Origin: a virus
Length of the DNA stretch: 64,000 nt
Reading direction: 5' to 3' (one strand)
Virus record (IMG/VR): IMGVR_UViG_3300037391_000010
Span: 32,001-96,000 of that record
Position 1 is the stretch's first letter, and every line of letters begins with the position of its first letter. Below, in pieces: positions 47,601-55,917 of this stretch. The notes beneath the pieces were generated by a model. That model searched no databases, was not told where the DNA came from, and saw nothing but the letters and a program-made list of their open reading frames with translations. The position numbers and the translations under genes were made by a program.

Positions 47601-50572
47601 ACCGCACCAAGGGCAAGTCCGAAAAGAAGGACGAGCCGAAGGAAGAAGAATCCAAGACGGCGGGCCGCAACGCCAGACCACGCGAGCGCGAGCGTGTAAA
47701 GTGCGACCAGTGTGAGATGCTGAGTATCAACGGTACGGCGACCCACGAAACGGGCTGCCCAAACCAGAATTCCCGCTGGGATGCTGACCGACAGGATTGG
47801 GTAAAGCAGCGTCGTTGCGGCGAATGCGGCATGGACGTTGACGCCGATGATCCGTGTTGTTCTGCGGAACCTGACTTCGACAACGGTTACGACGAAAACG
47901 ATGAGCATTTTGGTGGGCTCGATGCTATCCTCGCTGACGACACCGATGCAGTAATGGAGCAGGCGGAAGAAGCCGCAACAGCAGCCCCCGCAATATTCTA
48001 TGAGTGCGGAGCCTGCGGCGGCGTGCACCCGTCCTTGGAGACTTCCGAAAGGCTCGGTCTCGGTTGGAACGGTGATTGTCGTGATGAGGTTGGTCACTTC
48101 GAAGACAGCGACGTTCCTTACGGAGACAACACTCAGTTCGTCACCTTGGAAGAGCAGATGGCTCCAGACTTCGATGACGCGATTCTGGCGTCTAAGACTG
48201 CGGACTATGCCGAGGGCGACCTTGAAACTTACTTCGACGAAGGAAAGACGGCGGATTACGCCGAGGGCGATCTCGAAACCTACTTCGATGAGGGGAAGAC
48301 GGCAGACTACGCCGAAGATGATTTTGCATCTTACTTCGGAGAGGAAAAATCGGCGGGACGTTCCACCACACCGAAGTACGTCATTCGTATTCCGGGTTCG
48401 ACCGATGCGGCATGGAATGTGACTGGTTACGGACAACAGCGTGGTGCGGGCCAGCCAAACCAAGCGAACCTCGCACGGTACATGGAAGCTCTCTTGAAGA
48501 GCATGGAACCGGGCGGGCACAACGAGCATTTGGTGGGTCATTTCGACCCATCCGAAGCTGCGGTTTATCGCAACGACGGCACCTACAAGAACCCGTTGGC
48601 TACATGGTCGAAGGGTGAAGCGAAGCAGGGTGCGGATGTCTCGGGCGATTTCTCGGAAGCGCATTCCGAGGTTGACAGCCCAGACACCGTGGATCAGGAC
48701 ATCAAGCAGCCGACCGAATCGGTAGGCGAAGCTGGTAAGAGAAAGAACGCTGATGTGGCGGAAGAAACCAAGGAAGAGCGGGCGAAACGTCTGGAAGATC
48801 AGCGTCAGCGCGATGCTCGTGAACTGACACGTCGCAAGGCGGCTGACATCTCGGGGGACATCTCTGAGGCTGAGTCGAACACGGAAAGCCCTGACGGGGT
48901 GGACGCCGACATTAAGCAGCCTACGGTTTCGGTTCCCGAAGCGGCACGCAAGAACGCTAAGGTGGGATTCACGTTCAACGGACAGCATCGTGAAGCTTCC
49001 TTTAGCGATCTCACACAGGCGGGGAAGTTCATAGCGGTAGCATCGGCCAAGTTTGGAAAGTTGGCTGGTGACTGGACAATAAATGCAGCCGATGACGACG
49101 ATGCGGCAGAGGATCAGTCCGCTGATCCGAAGAAGCCCGCTAAAGCTGAACCAGCCGACGCAGAACCCGCTGAAGCTGAAGACAAACCAGCAGATGACGC
49201 GGCACCCGATGCTGAAGCTGAGGACAAGCCAACCGAACAGACTGATGAAACAAAGGGCAAGAACAAGCCCGCTGAGACACCTGCGGCGGATGCGAAAGCT
49301 CCAGCAGCGGCTCCCGCTGCGCCTGCGGCAGCACCAGCAGTTCCAGCAGCACCAGCCCCAGCAGCCGTAGCAGCCCCAGCGGGTGCGGGTGGAAACGGAA
49401 CTTCGGAAACTTCTGGCAACGAAACATCGACCGAAACTGGCGGCTCAAGTCCGGGTGGTGCATCAACTGGCGGCGTAGGTAGCGGCATGGGTGGTGCGGG
49501 TACTGGCGGGGCTGGCACAGGCGGGGCCGCTACTAGCACGGGCACAGGCGGTGCAGGCACAGGCGGAACCGTGAGCATCGCACCAACAAGCACGAACTCG
49601 GCGGGCGGTGATGAGGGCGGCGAAGGTGGTGAAGGTCAGGGCGGCGGGGCGAAAGACAAAACCCCAACCATCATCATTTACAACGGCGGCACGGGCGGTG
49701 CATCTACCGTCGATACTGACAGCGGTTCTGGACCGGGCGGCGATGGGCCGGGTTCTGACGGAACTGGCGGCACGGGCGAAGGCTCGGGTGGTGGTGGAGG
49801 CGGCGGCGGTGGACGTGGAACTCCACGCAACCCCGAACAGGCAGCGGATGCCGTATCTCCGGGCGTTGATAGCGATAATAGGCAGCAAGGTGATTTGGCT
49901 AAGCCACAGGGCAACCAATCAAAGGGTAAGCCTTTGGCAACGAAGCCTGAATCACAAGACGATCAGTTAAAAGGCAATGATGAGCCTTCGGCAGAGAAAC
50001 CAGAACTTCGTGGTGACGCACCTGTGAAGCCACAGAAGCCTGAGCCTCCGCACGAGGACGAGGCCGACACGAAAGAAGCTGCCGCAGGAATGCCAGCCGA
50101 AGTCGGGGAATTCCCGTATGTCGAAACGCTGGTAGGTATGGGCTGGAGCGACGAGGGCGATCCGGGGCACTTCATGCTCAATGATAGTCGCGTCGAAGTC
50201 CTGACGTACACCGATGGCTACGAAGTATACGTAGACGGCGAACTGTACGAGTCGGGCGATAACGTGGATGAACTTCAGAACACGCTGGAACTCGTTGCCG
50301 AACTTGGCACCGATGCATTAAATGCACATCAGGCAGCCGACCCCAGCGGGTATGCTCCGATGGATGCCGAATCTGCTCCCGAGAGTGATAAGGGCGGCGG
50401 TGGGGGCGGTCTTGCGGGACTAGCGGACATGGCCGAAGAGGTAGCACCCCTGTTAGCCTCTGAAAAAGAGGCATGTGCGGGCTACGGTGATGAAGAAGAC
50501 GAAGAACGTCCATTCGATCTCGGTATCGGTGATCTGGCGGACATAGTTGTGGAGACGGAAGATGCCAATTAG
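44657..50572 (+). CDS. 1971-aa cassette polyprotein with (K/R)xA-delimited modules
   Basis: Globular N-domain, then modules such as HGYIAFY..., DFDNFTRGYIETALWSS...DFWLTRCGHGAGYWD, CDQCEMLSING, plus acidic repeats and a Gly-rich linker. Confidence 0.75.
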   Translation: MAQSGNTVALKSFQSFMVNDGLLSKAVEAIKAGEKEARSSGNVQSFEVFYKGFRQNIAIGRIYIVPPSVADKKGQDFPTALLYGCLVRTFGGEEMGDLISHKIGDTEWDEYSQASYASIKEELFGTEDGKFASLILYAPNWVNKREYQGFQFPKDDNQLSNLTRHVIFSSYFDPRLSSAFDALMTDVETSKFDVTDITPKLNHPALAENPLKEFPLLTKEGSKKKPRLGLTFKTADEVTKEVLEPQEMDVFDSLDQALRNSLLPSGTKGVEDASEGKAPTKGEVVPRLAAVECDKCEGDGCKFCNKGVKKGSATAVFETPITNVGPGTEAHDEANQRTEGYKAEKDTPKTVINSAPIGIALDETGVPRRAEEERKEKSATTKVAHGYIAFYGGRRVEIHADSLYGAKLKAIEMLKVPKSKQGLLAVELAEKDGEQVTTTITSADKQAKRVEGLTCTGDVERLAAQTKKGDLSASASAAFDEVRTSGSGKALDEHKARMREYAASMGQDNQAHHAVADHKKEIAAGKHGPTPLSISSSKHKIAYVSHVPGHTNSKGEAAPWVIKQHDTDKILESFKSEGAAKEGLKNMESHKGSAENDPQAVRDHIKKNVSQARQGQDALKDHHASFDAAKWGGLGKKQASSLWVGTAKKVAADFDNFTRGYIETALWSSNDESDPSGGQPLDQNYDIRDLSPSCLKAMSEDCAQFQAENAELLAAASEQDGQDDFRQGNDFWLTRCGHGAGYWDGDYPTTGDGLTEASKAWGNVDIYVGDDDMIYQFGAEDAGERDLGQDQKGGQVPPVISSKKASKKTSSQNDASYIASLIGGGFGGEDYDARSQHSRTAAQKREEEMARKYSSQRKKFADVPQDIDDIWSETMEDMGPAPEIRLPGESKDNEKSTTGEHEIEAPEMSADSRSDVPEQVKGDQEEPTVEVEEALENDTTKSEEDEPSTGEGGASADSEETSSEGESEEKSEGDSKSEWAKNRTKGKSEKKDEPKEEESKTAGRNARPRERERVKCDQCEMLSINGTATHETGCPNQNSRWDADRQDWVKQRRCGECGMDVDADDPCCSAEPDFDNGYDENDEHFGGLDAILADDTDAVMEQAEEAATAAPAIFYECGACGGVHPSLETSERLGLGWNGDCRDEVGHFEDSDVPYGDNTQFVTLEEQMAPDFDDAILASKTADYAEGDLETYFDEGKTADYAEGDLETYFDEGKTADYAEDDFASYFGEEKSAGRSTTPKYVIRIPGSTDAAWNVTGYGQQRGAGQPNQANLARYMEALLKSMEPGGHNEHLVGHFDPSEAAVYRNDGTYKNPLATWSKGEAKQGADVSGDFSEAHSEVDSPDTVDQDIKQPTESVGEAGKRKNADVAEETKEERAKRLEDQRQRDARELTRRKAADISGDISEAESNTESPDGVDADIKQPTVSVPEAARKNAKVGFTFNGQHREASFSDLTQAGKFIAVASAKFGKLAGDWTINAADDDDAAEDQSADPKKPAKAEPADAEPAEAEDKPADDAAPDAEAEDKPTEQTDETKGKNKPAETPAADAKAPAAAPAAPAAAPAVPAAPAPAAVAAPAGAGGNGTSETSGNETSTETGGSSPGGASTGGVGSGMGGAGTGGAGTGGAATSTGTGGAGTGGTVSIAPTSTNSAGGDEGGEGGEGQGGGAKDKTPTIIIYNGGTGGASTVDTDSGSGPGGDGPGSDGTGGTGEGSGGGGGGGGGRGTPRNPEQAADAVSPGVDSDNRQQGDLAKPQGNQSKGKPLATKPESQDDQLKGNDEPSAEKPELRGDAPVKPQKPEPPHEDEADTKEAAAGMPAEVGEFPYVETLVGMGWSDEGDPGHFMLNDSRVEVLTYTDGYEVYVDGELYESGDNVDELQNTLELVAELGTDALNAHQAADPSGYAPMDAESAPESDKGGGGGGLAGLADMAEEVAPLLASEKEACAGYGDEEDEERPFDLGIGDLADIVVETEDAN
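48194..48346 (+). repeat. Three tandem 51-bp units encoding KTADYAE(G/D)D(L/F)-x-x-YF-x-E(G/E)
   Basis: Units 48194-48244, 48245-48295 and 48296-48346; units 1 and 2 have identical protein with synonymous differences. Confidence 0.95.
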
Positions 50573-53500
50573 CATTGAGAGGTTGCAGGCTGCCGCTCGC
50601 AGGGTTGGGGCGGACATCATGCACAGTGACGACGATCTGTCTCAGAAGCTCGAAACGGCGACCCCCTCGGCGGCGGAAGCTGGGCCGAGCCACGATGAGT
50701 TGGTTGAGAATTCCCACGACGAAAGCGGGATCAGCGTAATCGACGGAGAAATCCGTCCGCCTGAACGTCAGAATGTTTCAGCCGTCCGCGATGCCATTGA
50801 AGCGCAAGCTGAGATGGAAATCGGTAAATCCATCGGAGAGAAAGAAGAAGAGATGGAGGCTCGTGGCGACGGCCCTTACGGAGACAAGGAAGTCAAGGAC
50901 ACCACGACAACGACCATTGATGCTAAGCCCGGAAAGCAGATCATCATCAACATCGCAAAGGAAGTAGATCGAGGAATTTCGGTCGCTCCAACGCAAGCTA
51001 AGGGGATCGGCGGCGAGAAACAGCATCCGAGAGAAAATACCTCAAGCAATGGTATGTTTGGGGGTACGAGCTTGTCAGCAACCCCGAATTTTGAAAAGCA
51101 CTCCGAGGAGGGCACTCCAAGTCCCGATGTAGTTGCTCGGGTTCGCGGTCAGTACACATCTGGCATGGGGCGCAAGTCCTGCATGGAGCACTTCAAGATC
51201 ACCGAACAGCAGCTTGATGACATCCTCAGCGGGAAGTACGGCAAGGGAAAGATCGCCACATACCACGAACTCAAGGCGGCGTTTACCAAGAACGCACGTT
51301 TGTTCAACGAGACGGAACTCAGGCTGGCTGGGCAGGAATACCTGCACATGGTTCGTACCGCCGCGATTGGCGTGGCGCAGGGTCAAGACGAGCAGGGGTT
51401 CCACATGCTGCTGAACATGAATGGGCGTGAGTATGTCCTTCGTGGGGCGGATGCAGACAGTTTCCGTAAGGAGTACGCCGCGATTCCAAAACCCGAAGTG
51501 GCAGTCAACAAGCTTGTCGAAAAGTATCTATGGAAGATGCAGCCGTACCAGAAGCAGACCATTCAGCACCCACCGTCTGAAACGAAGCAAGACTCCAACA
51601 GTCAGGCTCTTCGTCGTCAGCGGTCAGAAGGATTGGCGGATGCCGATGCGTACTGGGGCGGCAAGGAAAAGGGACAGAACGATTACAAGCGGTACATGAC
51701 GCAGCACGCCTCAACCAAAATAGCCGCTGAGTCATACGCAGAGTACCAGAAGTTGGTACAGGAGCGTAGCCAGATCATCTCTCAGAACCGTAGCCGTCAG
51801 ATGAAAGGCCAGCCGCCCGCACCAGTGCCGCCGAAGCCCCAGCCGCCGATGGTTCCAGTGGCGTATGCGGCAGATGGGACGTATGAGGGTCGGCTGCAAG
51901 ACCCAGCAGATTGTCCGCCGGGTTGCAAGGTGAAGTGGGAGCCCGCTAAGGGAGCCAGCATGATGACCTTGGCTAAGATTGCAGGCGACTATTTTGGCTA
52001 CGATGACTGGATCACAGGTCACACTGCCCTGATGATTAACAATGACTCGGCTGGACTTACGACGCTGCACAACTTGACTCGCAGTGCCCTGAAGAAGAAA
52101 ATGACACCGAAGCAGTTGGCGGGTCAGTTTGCAAAGTTCTTCAAGAAGTTCGGCGAACAGAGCAAGAAGTTCTACGCGGAGAACGCTGAGAATGCCCGTG
52201 GGGAACGCGGGAAGCATGAGCGTGAGCAACTCGAAGGTGTGGTTAAGGCACCGAGCGGCGACAAGGCTCGCGATTTTGTCGATAGTCTGACCAACATGTG
52301 GTACGATGCGGGTGGACAGAGCGATTGGGAACAGCCGTCGAATGAAGTCAACTGGGAAGAGATCGCCACTGCGGAGATGGAATCCGAGCGTGCGGAGAAC
52401 CCAGACAAGTATCCGCAAACGAACAAGGAAGATGATAAGTTCATGGAAGGTGTGGGGATGAAAATGGAATCACTCAGAACAGCAACGGCAGTATTAGCAA
52501 GGGTCGCCGCCATGAGCGTAGGCGACAAACATCAGCTTCGCATCGCCATTGACTCCCTCAAGATGAACCCAGCTATGCTGGGCGTCATGGGTGGGCCAAG
52601 CAGAGAAGAAGCTTTGGAAATCTTAGCTAAGCACGATTTACGCTGGGACGAAACGGGGGGTAGGGTGATAAAAGCAAACGATAAGAAAGCTGCCGCTGGC
52701 TGTGACTGGCAAACTGAGTACGGAATGGGCGCTGGCGATGCTCGCTGTGGGCAGCCGACCACTGGCAATTCTCCGTGGTGTGCCGAGCACATTCAAGAGG
52801 CGAAGGACAACTACCCGCAACACGCCCTCCCAACCAAGAACGGCGGCGAGGGTGCGGTTAAGACCCCCGAAGAGATTGAAAAGGAAGCTGGCTTCAATTT
52901 TTTCTTCCCCGGTCAGGTACTCCGCGAAGTCGCTCCCGAGATGCAGCACGAACTCGTAGACTACCCCAACCAGACCAACACCCCGATGCAGTATCCTGAC
53001 ATCGTTGGCGACAGGGAAGAGGTTCCAGAAGAGATGGCTCTTGCAGCCGCTCTCGATGGCGCTCTCGACACAACTATCATCGCCTATGTGAGCACCAGTC
53101 CCGCCGCTGCCGCTGGTATCGGTCGCGATGGCAAGTCCGAAGTGCTTGAAGGTGCCCCGCTCCGCAAGGAAAACGATATCCGTGGTTTGATGTTCACGGA
53201 CGAGTTCTACGGTCAGCAAAGCGGCGTACCGGGTGCGGCATTTGCTTCGCAGGCCAAAGCCGCAGGATTTGCACGTCCGGGTTCGGCGTTCAAATACCTG
53301 AAGAGCCTCAAGCTGGGCAAGACCGCAGGTGCGGACGAAGCCAAGCAATTCTCGATCTTCCTTCAGTACGTTTGCGGTGAGATCGCGGCTACTCTCGTGG
53401 CGCTGTTCAAGGTCACCTATCGTCCGATGCTGAACCAAGTTCCGGGCAAGGGTGAGATTCAACTGGCTCAGGTCGAACAGCCGCAGGGTTTGTCGAGCTT

Positions 53501-53717
53501 TAACCTCTACAATCAGGCGAGCCGTGTGAAGTACCTTATGAACAAGCTCACCGACAGCGAGATCAAGGACGCTATCAATAGCTCCTCGGCTCAGGGTGCG
53601 GTGTGGCACGAGGGCGAAGAGGGCGGCTACGTGTACGAAGTCTTCGTCCGTATCGACGACATCGACACCGAGAGCTTGATCGCGACATATAGCTTTATTT
53701 GCGGCACGAAGGAATAA
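50562..53717 (+). CDS. ~1050-aa cassette polyprotein/internal head protein
   Basis: ATG at 50562 after GGAG; KIA, KNA, RTA, RVA, KAA, KEA and KTA junctions. Confidence 0.7.
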   Translation: MPISIERLQAAARRVGADIMHSDDDLSQKLETATPSAAEAGPSHDELVENSHDESGISVIDGEIRPPERQNVSAVRDAIEAQAEMEIGKSIGEKEEEMEARGDGPYGDKEVKDTTTTTIDAKPGKQIIINIAKEVDRGISVAPTQAKGIGGEKQHPRENTSSNGMFGGTSLSATPNFEKHSEEGTPSPDVVARVRGQYTSGMGRKSCMEHFKITEQQLDDILSGKYGKGKIATYHELKAAFTKNARLFNETELRLAGQEYLHMVRTAAIGVAQGQDEQGFHMLLNMNGREYVLRGADADSFRKEYAAIPKPEVAVNKLVEKYLWKMQPYQKQTIQHPPSETKQDSNSQALRRQRSEGLADADAYWGGKEKGQNDYKRYMTQHASTKIAAESYAEYQKLVQERSQIISQNRSRQMKGQPPAPVPPKPQPPMVPVAYAADGTYEGRLQDPADCPPGCKVKWEPAKGASMMTLAKIAGDYFGYDDWITGHTALMINNDSAGLTTLHNLTRSALKKKMTPKQLAGQFAKFFKKFGEQSKKFYAENAENARGERGKHEREQLEGVVKAPSGDKARDFVDSLTNMWYDAGGQSDWEQPSNEVNWEEIATAEMESERAENPDKYPQTNKEDDKFMEGVGMKMESLRTATAVLARVAAMSVGDKHQLRIAIDSLKMNPAMLGVMGGPSREEALEILAKHDLRWDETGGRVIKANDKKAAAGCDWQTEYGMGAGDARCGQPTTGNSPWCAEHIQEAKDNYPQHALPTKNGGEGAVKTPEEIEKEAGFNFFFPGQVLREVAPEMQHELVDYPNQTNTPMQYPDIVGDREEVPEEMALAAALDGALDTTIIAYVSTSPAAAAGIGRDGKSEVLEGAPLRKENDIRGLMFTDEFYGQQSGVPGAAFASQAKAAGFARPGSAFKYLKSLKLGKTAGADEAKQFSIFLQYVCGEIAATLVALFKVTYRPMLNQVPGKGEIQLAQVEQPQGLSSFNLYNQASRVKYLMNKLTDSEIKDAINSSSAQGAVWHEGEEGGYVYEVFVRIDDIDTESLIATYSFICGTKE

Positions 53718-53767
53718 CGGCTACCGAAGTTCTTCAACTTCAGTATTCATAGTGTAGGGGCATATCT

Positions 53768-54292
53768 ATGAGTAGCCTACCGCAGTATAAAGGTAAAACT
53801 CGTCAGCAGTACATGAGTGAGTGGCATAACAAGTATCGTGCATATTGGAGCACGCACGATGCGTATGTTGAAACCAAGTCCAAAATTTGCGTGTACTGTG
53901 AAAAGGAAAAGCCGAGCGTTGCTTTTTCCAAGGCAAACACGAACAAGGATGGGTTACAGGCATACTGTATCGACTGTCTCAAGCAGTGGCACATCGATGA
54001 TCCAACACGTCAAATGCTGCTCAACGCCCGTGCCCGAGCCCGTCGTTTGGGAATTGAATTCGCTCTTGATGCAAAGGATATAGTAATTCCGAAAGTTTGC
54101 CCCGTTTTGGGTATCCCGCTTGTCGTGAGATCAAAGGGGAAAAACAACTCTCCGAGTCTGGATAGGAAGGATAACTCTAAGGGATACACCTCAGATAACA
54201 TTCGAGTGATCTCGTGGCGGGCAAATGATATCAAGGGGAACGCCACTGTCGCTGAGCTAGAAAAAGTGTTAGAATACATGAAGGAAGCATGA
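53768..54292 (+). CDS. HNH homing endonuclease
   Basis: CxxC...CxxC finger; CPVLGIPL...SPSLDRKDNSKGY-x-x-DNIRVISWRANDIK. Confidence 0.85.
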   Translation: MSSLPQYKGKTRQQYMSEWHNKYRAYWSTHDAYVETKSKICVYCEKEKPSVAFSKANTNKDGLQAYCIDCLKQWHIDDPTRQMLLNARARARRLGIEFALDAKDIVIPKVCPVLGIPLVVRSKGKNNSPSLDRKDNSKGYTSDNIRVISWRANDIKGNATVAELEKVLEYMKEA

Positions 54293-54981
54293 AGATCGGG
54301 GTCAAAACCTCGTCGAAATCGGGTCGTGTTCTCGCCAAAGGTCTTGGTAAAGACGGCTGGAAGGATGCGATTGATCTCATTGAGTGTGACCAAGATGAGT
54401 GGGATGATTGGCTTGAAACCCCCGCAGCACAGGCAAGTGGCGGGCAGGGCCGTGTAAGATTCGTTCGAGCCGATCTCAGAAACCCAGTATTAAACCGAAG
54501 AGGACGATAATGGACTACATCGACGCTGAAGTAGACACAACGGTACTGTAATGAGTAGCGAAATCATCAGTGAAGTCAACGAGAACGACCCTTGGGATGT
54601 GTTCCAAGAGAAGCATCTTCCAGAAGACGAAGAGCGGCAAGATATTGGGATCAAAGGCGGGCCTCGCAGGGTAACAGTACGCCGCGCAGACAAGGCTCAG
54701 CGTCCCGTGTTTCGGAGATCGGAATAACCATGTGCGGAGGAGTAGGACATCGAAGTTACCGACGCTTAGCAACGCTGCCGATTGATCCGAGCCCCACTCC
54801 GTGGGATTTCAACACGTGGGGGTTTTTCTGTGACAATTGCATGACGTTCTTCGACTTGCTGCAACACGGCAAGGTTCTCACGTTTATGGACGAGGACGGA
54901 GAATGCTGGGCTAGTTACGAGCACAAGTGTGGTCAGCCAGCCCGATATATCGGATATTGTCGGGACGAGGCACAGGCATGA
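54289..54981 (+). CDS. Three small hypothetical genes (54289-54510, ~54551-54728, 54730-54981)
   Basis: Tightly packed ORFs; the last has CxxC. Confidence 0.5.
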
Positions 54982-55379
54982 AAGTTCCCGTCCCGATTGA
55001 AGCCCTCCTCATCGAGCACGCGAAAGTTAGTAGGGCTTGGTTAAAACGTCGGTTGATACGAGAGGGGTTGTTAATCGACCATTGCTACATTTGCGGCTTG
55101 ACGGAATGGTTGGGCAAGCCCATTGTGCAACGTCTCGATCACATCAACGGTGTCAATGACGATTATAGGCTCGAAAATTTGCGGTTGCTTTGTCCGAACT
55201 GCGACAGTCAGACGCCCACGTACTGCGGTCGAAACATAGAACGTCGGGCGGAAGTTAACCACTGTGAGTGCGGGAAAGCAATAGAACGTCGTTCGACCCA
55301 GTGTAAAAGCTGTGCTGGGAAAACGGTTTATATCAACAATTTTACTCGCGTAGCTCAATTGCAGAGCACTTCATTCTAA
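54978..55379 (+). CDS. HNH endonuclease overlapping the tRNA 5' half
   Basis: CYICG...LDHINGVNDDYRLENLRLLCPNC; ATGA-coupled start at 54978. Confidence 0.85.
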   Translation: MKVPVPIEALLIEHAKVSRAWLKRRLIREGLLIDHCYICGLTEWLGKPIVQRLDHINGVNDDYRLENLRLLCPNCDSQTPTYCGRNIERRAEVNHCECGKAIERRSTQCKSCAGKTVYINNFTRVAQLQSTSF

Positions 55380-55418
55380 ACGAAGGGGTTGCGGGTGTAA
55401 GTCCCGTCGCGGGTTCCA
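55344..55418 (+). tRNA. tRNA with a CUA anticodon (amber suppressor type), CCA encoded
   Basis: ACTCGCG/CGCGGGT acceptor stem, GCTC/GAGC D stem, CTTCA-TTCTAAA-CGAAG anticodon arm, GCGGG-TGTAAGT-CCCGT T arm, T73 + CCA. Confidence 0.8.
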
Positions 55419-55432
55419 TTTTAGGAGCAATC

Positions 55433-55654
55433 ATGCTGATTCAAATCGATGACGGCGATGAAAACAGTCTCGAAAGTTTGAGAAACACCACGGGTGCCAA
55501 GGACTACAAGGAGCTATTCAACAACGCTCTAACCATGTTGTCGTGGGCTGTTGAACAACGTCGGGCTGGGCGTGAAATTGGTTCCATCAACGAGACTGAA
55601 AAGTCATATCGCGTGCTTCAGATGAATATCCTCGACCGCGCTGTGGCTAACTAA
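55433..55654 (+). CDS. Small ribbon-helix-helix-like regulator
   Basis: SD AGGAG; strand-helix-helix pattern (LIQI...LESLR...YKELFNNAL). Confidence 0.5.
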   Translation: MLIQIDDGDENSLESLRNTTGAKDYKELFNNALTMLSWAVEQRRAGREIGSINETEKSYRVLQMNILDRAVAN

Positions 55655-55688
55655 CAGTTCGGCCCTACCATGCGTGGGTGCCGATTTA

Positions 55689-55731
55689 GGGGGCGGTTCT
55701 CTCCGCTACGCAGCCGCCCCCGGTTTTCTTT
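55689..55731 (+). terminator. Probable terminator
   Basis: GGGGGCGGTT...AGCCGCCCCC then GGTTTTCTTT. Confidence 0.6.
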
Positions 55732-55917
55732 ATGACCACGAACTGTATTAAATGCGGTAAACCCCTCGAAGAAGACCTCGTGAAGAAGCTCCAGATCATG
55801 GCCGAACTCTTCGGCGAAGATTTCACCGAGCACTTTGTCTGCGATACCTGCTACGTGCCGACTCCCTGCCCGCCCGACTGCGAAGGCTGTGTATGGGAAC
55901 GAGAACACACCGAATAA
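55732..55917 (+). CDS. Small Zn-binding protein
   Basis: CIKC...CDTC...C-x-x-x-C-x-x-C. Confidence 0.55.
   Translation: MTTNCIKCGKPLEEDLVKKLQIMAELFGEDFTEHFVCDTCYVPTPCPPDCEGCVWEREHTE

Noticed and set aside
48194-48346. CRISPR-like array
   Set aside because: In-frame coding tandem repeat with no unique spacers and no cas genes
49270-49830. Collagen-like or nucleotide-level repeat element
   Set aside because: Irregular Ala/Pro then Gly/Thr low-complexity linker without sustained Gly-x-y periodicity
14923-53609. Long antisense ORFs (e.g. 14923-16359, 19435-20547, 47390-48988, 52638-53609)
   Set aside because: Shadows of codon-biased sense genes with no motifs or RBS
696-55379. Self-splicing introns or inteins around the endonuclease genes
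   Set aside because: All five sit between intact genes; no split host gene or intein termini seen
55344-55418. tRNA-Arg(UCU) or tRNA-Pyl
   Set aside because: CTTC/GAAG pairing centres the loop on CTA, not TCT. It lacks the tRNA-Pyl 6-bp anticodon stem and short variable loop, and no pyl genes are present
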